From assembly GCA_016618085.1 (NCBI GenBank), contig JABLTG010000139.1, positions 1-54,823 on the forward strand: a stretch of 54,823 bases of DNA, written 5' to 3'. This document shows positions 48,008 to 54,823 of this stretch, piece after piece (within the stretch, counting starts at the first letter, position 1; the number at the start of each line of letters is the position of its first letter). The stretch comes from Neovahlkampfia damariscottae (Eukaryota). Made by a program: the position numbers and the translations under genes. Under the pieces are notes generated by a model. It did no database searches. It had not been told where the DNA came from and was given only the letters and a program-made list of their open reading frames with translations.

Positions 48008-50774
48008 ATGAGCAATAACAAAGTCAACAGAATGACCCAAAAGTAAAACCAAGAAGAAATATTAAAATAAATAGATGGGAACAATCATCAGGAAATGATA
48101 ATTCTCAAGTATTTAAAGGACAAAAAGTTACTTCAAAAAAAGGAAATAATATTTATTCAAATTTACCTGCTGGTTCAACTCCTGGTTTGGAAAATCTTTT
48201 TTTTTATTTTTTGAAAAGTAAAAGTGAAAAGTGGAACATTACCACCAAAACCTTCGTTCACAAAGACAAACCCTGTGAATACTACTACTAAATTACCTCC
48301 AACACCAATTGGAACATCAACAACTCCTAAAACAACACCAGTAAATAAATATCAAGGAATTGATTCAAAAGAAGCAACTGGTGGTTCAAAAAATTCATTC
48401 ATGAATCAAATTACAGAATCCTTGAATTTTTCCGTTCTTAGTGGTTCAAGTGGAAGTTCAACAGGAAAAAAGAAATTAAAAATTGGAACACCAACTAATT
48501 TCTCACATACAGGATCCGCAACAAAACAAAATCCAAGTAACTATTTTCCAAAAAAAAAGTTTTAAATTTTTCCAGCCAAAATCTTCAAAGGAACTTCAAC
48601 CAAAGATTTGTCAACAAAAAAACCTATTGTTGATACATCAAAATCTTCATTAAATTTATCATCTAGAAAATCAGTTTCTGAGACAAATTTAAGTTCAAAC
48701 TTAAGTGAAAGTGATAAACAAAAATTAGAAAGACATCAAAGATTTAGAGATAAAAATTTAATATCACAAGTTGATTATGATAGAGAAGTTGCTAAAATCT
48801 ATTCCAAATATCCAAATTTACAAAAAAATCAATCTCAAGCACAAAAAATGAATCAATCAATGTATTCTGTTTCAACAGTTCAAAATAAAACACCACAAAA
48901 GAATTTACCTTCAACACCATCAGTAGTATCAAATCAAAAAAGACAAACTAATCTACCTGCAAAACCAAAGATATTTGATGATTCAATGTATGATAAAATT
49001 CAACTTGATTATAAAGATGAAGTTGCTTTAAAACAATTAACAACTTTATTACAAAGAGATGCTATTTCACAACAAGAGTTTAATTATACAAAAAGAAAAA
49101 TATATTACAAATATATAAATACACGTGTTAGTGGTGTTATTGTTCATAACTTGGATTCAAATCAATCAAATACTAACAATACAAGTATGAGTAATAGTAT
49201 GAGTAATAGTATGAGTAATAGTATGAGTAATAGTATGGGCAGTACAAATTCAAGTGGAGGTAGAAAGTTTCAAGTTAATTCATCTGATAAAACACAAATT
49301 CTTCAAAGTTTAAAAGAACAAGAACAACAAATTGAAGAAGAAGAAAAAAGAAAAAGAATTGAATATAAAAGAAGACAACAAGAAGAAACAAGAAAAGAAG
49401 AAGAAAAAAAAAGAAAAAAACAAGAAAAAGAAAAAGAAGAAAGAAGAAAAGAAGAAGAAAAAAGAATACATTTTGCAAAGATTGAAAAAGAAAAAGAAAG
49501 ATTAAAAAGAGAATCAGAAAGAATAAAAAAAGAAGAATCTGAAAAAATACAAAAAGAAAGATTGAAAAGACAAGAAGAAGAAAAAAAAAAATATGAAGAA
49601 ATATCACAAAAATATTCAAAATTAGAAACAGAAAAAGAGAAATTATTAAGAAAAAAAGAAGAAGAAATATTAAAAAATATGGAAGAAAGAATTCAAAAAG
49701 AAGAAGAAAAAAGATTAAAAGAAATGGAAAAAAGATTAAAAGAAAAGGAAGAAGAACAATTAAGAGATTTACAATCAAAAGAAGTTCAAAAAATGAAATT
49801 AAAAATACAACAAGAAGAAGAAAAAGCATTAAAAGAAATTCAAAAAAAAATTAAAAAAGAAGAAGAAGATAGATTAAAAAAATTAAATGAAAAAATTGAA
49901 AAAGAAGAAGAAATTAGATTATCTAGACTTGCAAAAGATTTAGATGAAATGAGACAAAAACAAAAGAATTCAGAAAAAGTTAAAGAATTAGAACAAATAA
50001 AAAGACAGGTAACTAGATGGGAATTGAACTTAAATTTTTTTAAAAAAGTCTGTGATGGTTGGTAAATTAAATGAACAAGAAAAAAAGAAAATGAAAGATT
50101 TAAAAGAACAAGTTGTAAAAGAAGAAATTGAAATGTTTAAACAATTGGAACTTAAAATGAAAAAAGAAGAAGATGAAAAAAAAAGAAATTTAAATTTAGA
50201 ATTAAAGAAATTAGAAGAAGAACAAAGAAAACATATGTTAGAAATGTTGGAAAAAGAAAAACAACTTTTACTTTCAAAAATGGAAAAAGAGTTTCAAATT
50301 ACAACAGATCCAAGTCCAAGTCCAAGTCCTATGTCTGTCCCACTTGAAAAGAAATCATCAATGCCTCCACCACCTGGACCTTCTATTTCTTATCCAACTT
50401 CAAAACCAAAAAGTGGTCCTTTACCACCTCCTCCACCTAAAGCAGCACCTTTACCTTCAGAAGCAACAGCTTCTTCTTTATTATTAGATACAGGTGCATC
50501 ATTAGACTTATTAGCTCAAATTAGAGGTGGTTTATCATTAAGAAAAGTTGATGAACAAGATGAAAAAAATAAAAAAAAAGGAACTACTACTTATGGTAAT
50601 TCATTACAAAAAGCGATCATGTCAAAGAGAAGTATGATCAATGCAGGAGAAGATACAGATGATGAAGATGATGATGAAAATGATGATGATCCAATAATGA
50701 AAATGATTCATGGAAAATTAGAACAATTAGAACAACAAAAAGATAATTTAGATGATGATGATGAAGATTGGTAG
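48008..50774 (+). CDS. WASP-like actin nucleation-promoting factor (CRIB-like, SHOCT-like, coiled coil, Pro-rich, VCA)
   Basis: KIGTPTNFSHTG; poly-Pro; WH2 LLAQIRGGLSLRKV; acidic tail ending DDDDEDW. Four introns. Confidence 0.8.
49184..49219 (+). repeat. 12-bp coding tandem repeat (agtatgagtaat)n encoding SMSN
   Basis: Directly visible, about 3-4 units. Confidence 0.85.
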
Positions 50775-50790
50775 ATTATAAAAATTGTAT

Positions 50791-51415
50791 TTATTTTAAC
50801 ATTACTTTTCTTTCAAATCTATCTCCTAATTTTTTCGTTTCTTGTTTTTTTGTGGTGACTTTTTTTGCGACTACTTTTTCTTTCTTTTTTGGATTATTTT
50901 TCTATTTTTGTCAGTTTTTATTTTTCAGTATTACTTACAAGAACAATTTTGATTTCTTTTTTTTCAACTTTCTTTTCTTCTATTGGTTTCTTTAATTTCA
51001 ATTTTTTTCCAGAATTTGTTTTGATTGTATTGACTGTTTTTGATTGAGCCTTTTCATTAATTATTTTAATTTGAATATCTTTTGATTTTGTTTTTTGTTG
51101 TTTTTTAATTCCTTTTGGTTGGTTTGTTTCTTTTACTATTTTTTTGCTTTGTTTTTCATTTGTTTTATTTTTTGATTCAGCTTTTTTTTGTTCTTGTTTT
51201 TTATTTGTTTTCTTTTGTTCTTGTTTTTTAACTTCTTTTTTCTTTCCATTTTTTTTATTTTTTTCGATTTTCTTTTTCTCTTGTTTTTTCATTTTCGCAA
51301 TTTCATCTTTTTTTAGTTTAAATTATTTTTAATTTGACATACCAAGTGTTAAATCCATAGCACTTGTGCTGACTAATTTACTTGTGATAATACTTTCTTC
51401 TCCGTCTTCAAACAT
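50791..51415 (-). CDS. Lys-rich protein with UAP56-binding-like motif (UIF/ALYREF-like)
   Basis: Spliced product contains MDLTLDEIAK and a C-terminal KLGDRF. Two introns. Confidence 0.5.
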
Positions 51416-51591
51416 CTTGTGAAAAGTAACTGATTTTTATTTTTAACCAATCACCAATATTCCACAAAAATAATTGTTCAGTTGAACTGCTTTTTTGAAA
51501 CCTTCACAAAAGATAAAAGGGTCACAGAAGAAATAAATTAATTTCAATGGTGGTTTGACCAACAAAAAAAAAAAAAAAAAAAAGACAAAAT

Positions 51592-53211
51592 TTATAAGTT
51601 AGTTGAATAGACTGAATTCCAATCTCTGTCGAAAATTAAATTCATTGTATTTGTAATATCAACTTTTTTAATCCAAAAACCCAATCCAAAGTTCTAGAAA
51701 AAAAAATATAAAAAATATTAATAATATCCTACTGAATAAAATGAGTTTTGAACCCAATTTGAAGTTGAAATATAAACCCACTCTGAATCTGCAATAACAA
51801 ATTTTGGATTATTATAAACTGTAAATTTCTCTTCAAATGAATTTTGATTTGGTGTTGGAAATTGAATAACTTTAACATTGAATGATCCATTACATACTTT
51901 AGTATCATCACAAATTGAAGAAAATGATTTAATAGCTTTTAAAGAAGGAATCATGTAAGAATTTGTTTCATTGGTTCTTGATACTAACATATTGATTTTT
52001 ACATTTTCTAAAATTTTAAGTCTCAAAGCTGCAGAGAATTAAGAAAATTAATGACTTACCGTTTTCAAGTTCATTCCACATTGCATCAAAATGAGTATCA
52101 AATGGATAAAACTCCGATATTGAAATATTCAATGAAACAGTTGAATGTTCAATCATTTCAAGTAAACTAACTAATTCAGGTACTCTTGTTGTTGTGTTCA
52201 CATTTTTTGGACTAATACCGAAATCTAAATTTTCTTGTGTTAAATATTTTTTTGTTTTTTACAAAATTGAATAGTTTCATTGTTTTTAGTGATTTGAGCA
52301 GGATTTTCATCATTTATTTCAGAGTCATATTCCTCTGGGTATTTACCTGAAGTTGGTAATTGATTATTTAAATCTTTTGAAAAATAACTCCAGAGATGAA
52401 AGACTTTCTCCAAATCATGTCCTAAGCAATGACAATGTTCAATAAGTATACCTAATTCTTTAACATTACTCAATGATTGCCATGTCAAATCAGCTGAACC
52501 TAAAAGTATATCTATTAAAAAAGTAAATTAACAATTTGTGTTAAAAACTTACGTTCTTCATCAACAATCATAAATTTTGAGTTTTGAACACCATCTTCAT
52601 TAACTTTAGAAATTTCAACATTAACAATATCATCAATGATTCCTTGATCCAAAAAGTGTTTTGTTTCATTTTGTGATTTTTCTGAACTTGAAATTTGTTG
52701 AATGAGAGAAATCTTTAAAGTTGGATTTGTTTTTTTTATGTTTTCAAAAATGTTGTATAAGTCATTTCCAGATTTTCCACCAGCTAAAAGAAGTTTAATT
52801 TTTTGTTTTTTTTCTTGACTTACCATCTGCTCTTGAATTTTTCAAATCAAAAAAGTTTGATGAAATTTTGATACTTTCTTTTGCATTTGAAAGTAACTCT
52901 GTCATGATTTCTGTTGTAGTATTTGTTCCTTCTATTCTTTTTAAGTTCAAACTTGGAGGAAGTGTTTCTACAATCTTAAATGAACATTCAGCATCACAAG
53001 CTTCACTATGTGCATGTGTTTCAACAGGTGTATAGAATACAAATACCAAAATTGAAACAACAGAAAAAATTAAAATCAAAAGAGCTGAAGCTAAAACAGC
53101 AAAAGCAAAAGCGTACTGAACAATTTTTTTGATGTAGAAGCTCATTGGAATATCTTTTTGAATCATTTTTTCAGTACTTGTATCAGGAATGGTTGTTTGT
53201 GTTTCGTCCAT
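51592..53211 (-). CDS. PLD3/4/5-family type II membrane protein with degenerate HKD motifs
   Basis: TM, C.F.IVETLP, GSADLTWQSL..VKELGI, C.CL..DL.K.F..W, YISTSNW, FDRDWNS.YS. Motifs QNSKFMIVD and NNPKFVIAD. Several introns. Confidence 0.88.
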
Positions 53212-53583
53212 TTTCTTCAGTTGACTTCTAAACAATTCTCGGAAAAATAATGATTGGTTTAAAATGTTCCACTAGCGAATTTAGAGTTTCAAATTTCCTT
53301 TTTCACGAATCAATTTTGTTTGGTTACTTTCAAAACAGACAAAGCAAAATAATTGAATTTCGCCTTAGACTGTAATGACTTTGCCTTAGACATAAATGAA
53401 GTTCTCGGAAAGGATTTCTGTGATGTCTGACATTTTATTATGTGAAAAATGATATCAAGTGCCATTTATTTCACTCATTCCTTCAATTTGTCATTGTATT
53501 TTGTTTCAGAGAATAGTTGATTGGTTGAATAAAAAAGGAGATAAATATAACAAGATTAGTCTTATTTCTTAATACTTCTTCCT

Positions 53584-54645
53584 CTAATGATCAAATAATT
53601 CAAACTTTAAACCAAATTCAACTTTTAAACGTTATTAAAAACACAATTTAAAACGGCAAACCATTTCCAATATCTTGTTTTTTCTTTAAATTCATATCTG
53701 TTAATGATAATTTAACATTAAACTCCTTGTTTGCATTTAATATGACATCTTTCAATTCATATGAAACCTCTCCTAAAAAATCATCTTTTCCGATTTTATC
53801 ATGATCAAAACCTTGAACAGACAAAAAAGATTTTGGTGAATCAACACAAAGCATCAATTCTTCTTTACCATAATATCTAAGTAACAATCTATTAATTTAA
53901 TCTTCAAAATTGATTTTCTTACCCTTTAGTTTTGTTTAATTTTACGGTGAAAGTGATTTGTATACAACTTTACTCTTTACAGATTGTTTTCCAATTTTAA
54001 AAATGAAGTAAGGATCACTTGTTCCATTCCTTAAAAAATATAAATTGTTTTCCACTTTTTCTTACCACTAATATTTAATTTTATTTTTTCTTTTGAGTTT
54101 TACATCCATTGGTCTTAAATTTTGTGCTCCAAATAGAGTTATTTTTAAAATTCCATTGTATTCAATTAAACCTTCTGTTGCTGTAGAAACAGGTGTTGAA
54201 ACAACAAATTTTGGCGCAAATTCTTTAAAACCTTCTGCAGCAAATTCTCTATCAACATATTTTCTTATGATATATTCAGAGCGTAAATTCCTTAAATTTA
54301 AATAATAATTCACCTACATTGGTGTCTTTTCATCAATTTTGAACACTTTATCCAAATTTGCTTCCAACTCAGCATTTACAATTTTATTTCCACGTTCTTT
54401 CATATATTCAACATCTTTTGGATCCCAAACATCAAGTTTTATCGAAAGTATTTTCGAAATATGAGTACCTAAATTTCTATGAACACCTAAAAAATTTAAC
54501 TTTTTCTAAAAAAAAATAAACCTGAGCAATTGATACAAATAAAAGCACCAATGTTTGTTATAGCCCATGTTGGATTTGATGAATCACAATCAGAACAATT
54601 ATCATTGCCTTCAACCTCAAGAATTTCTTTTGGAAATTGAATCAT
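53584..54645 (-). CDS. ArfGAP zinc finger plus C2 domain protein (ZAC/AGD11-13-like architecture)
   Basis: GNDNCSDC...PTWA..NIGAFICINCSGVHRNLGTHISKI; C2 with GILKI...A.NL..MDWNGTSDPY, D.D.IG.DDFLG. Confidence 0.92.
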
Positions 54646-54823
54646 ATTATTGGTCAACTGTAAAAAAGGTGTTTTCGATGAACAAAAATAAAGTACGCCA
54701 ATGAATTGATGGTTATTGTGATAAAAGTGGCCAATTAGATTTAATTTTGCCAGTTATTTTTAGAATTTTTATTTGAAGTTGTTCAAGTTGAACAAAAAAG
54801 ACCTTTTGTTCAACTAGAAAATA

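Noticed and set aside
49275..49829. Hydrophobic F/L-rich ORFs (also 7286-7627, 16746-17096, 23070-23309, 51144-51332)
   Set aside because: Antisense shadows of E/K-rich coding sequence, not membrane proteins.

Overview
Gene-dense, very AT-rich eukaryotic (protist) DNA in the standard genetic code, with about 30 protein genes split by very short GT-AG introns (26-45 nt, often A-rich). Nearly every start codon has a CCAAT/ATTGG box just upstream. The style would fit a free-living amoeba such as a heterolobosean, but the taxon cannot be proven from this window. Housekeeping genes: RBM25-like, NMNAT, CCA-adding enzyme, NTF2, PTEN, histone H3, HSP20, mitochondrial-type ProRS and an ArfGAP-C2. Highlights: (1) a co-oriented 24.4-30.8 kb block of prokaryote/virus-like genes: an F-box-nucleotidyltransferase, an intron-bearing isochorismatase-like/kinase/dead-phosphatase fusion, and tandem secreted SH3b-C39 peptidases; (2) extreme splicing architecture: a frame-required 2-nt exon, a probable nested intron and a 10-nt exon; (3) a DOCK-C2/RasGEF chimera, a PI3K p101-like gene next to PTEN, a candidate TPP1/Est3, a CRIB-SHOCT-VCA WASP-like protein and an HTH-T5orf172 gene; (4) several pseudo-enzymes with His->Asn or Cys->Ser catalytic changes. 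All family assignments come from manual motif recognition, not database searches. No rRNA, tRNA or CRISPR array was supported.
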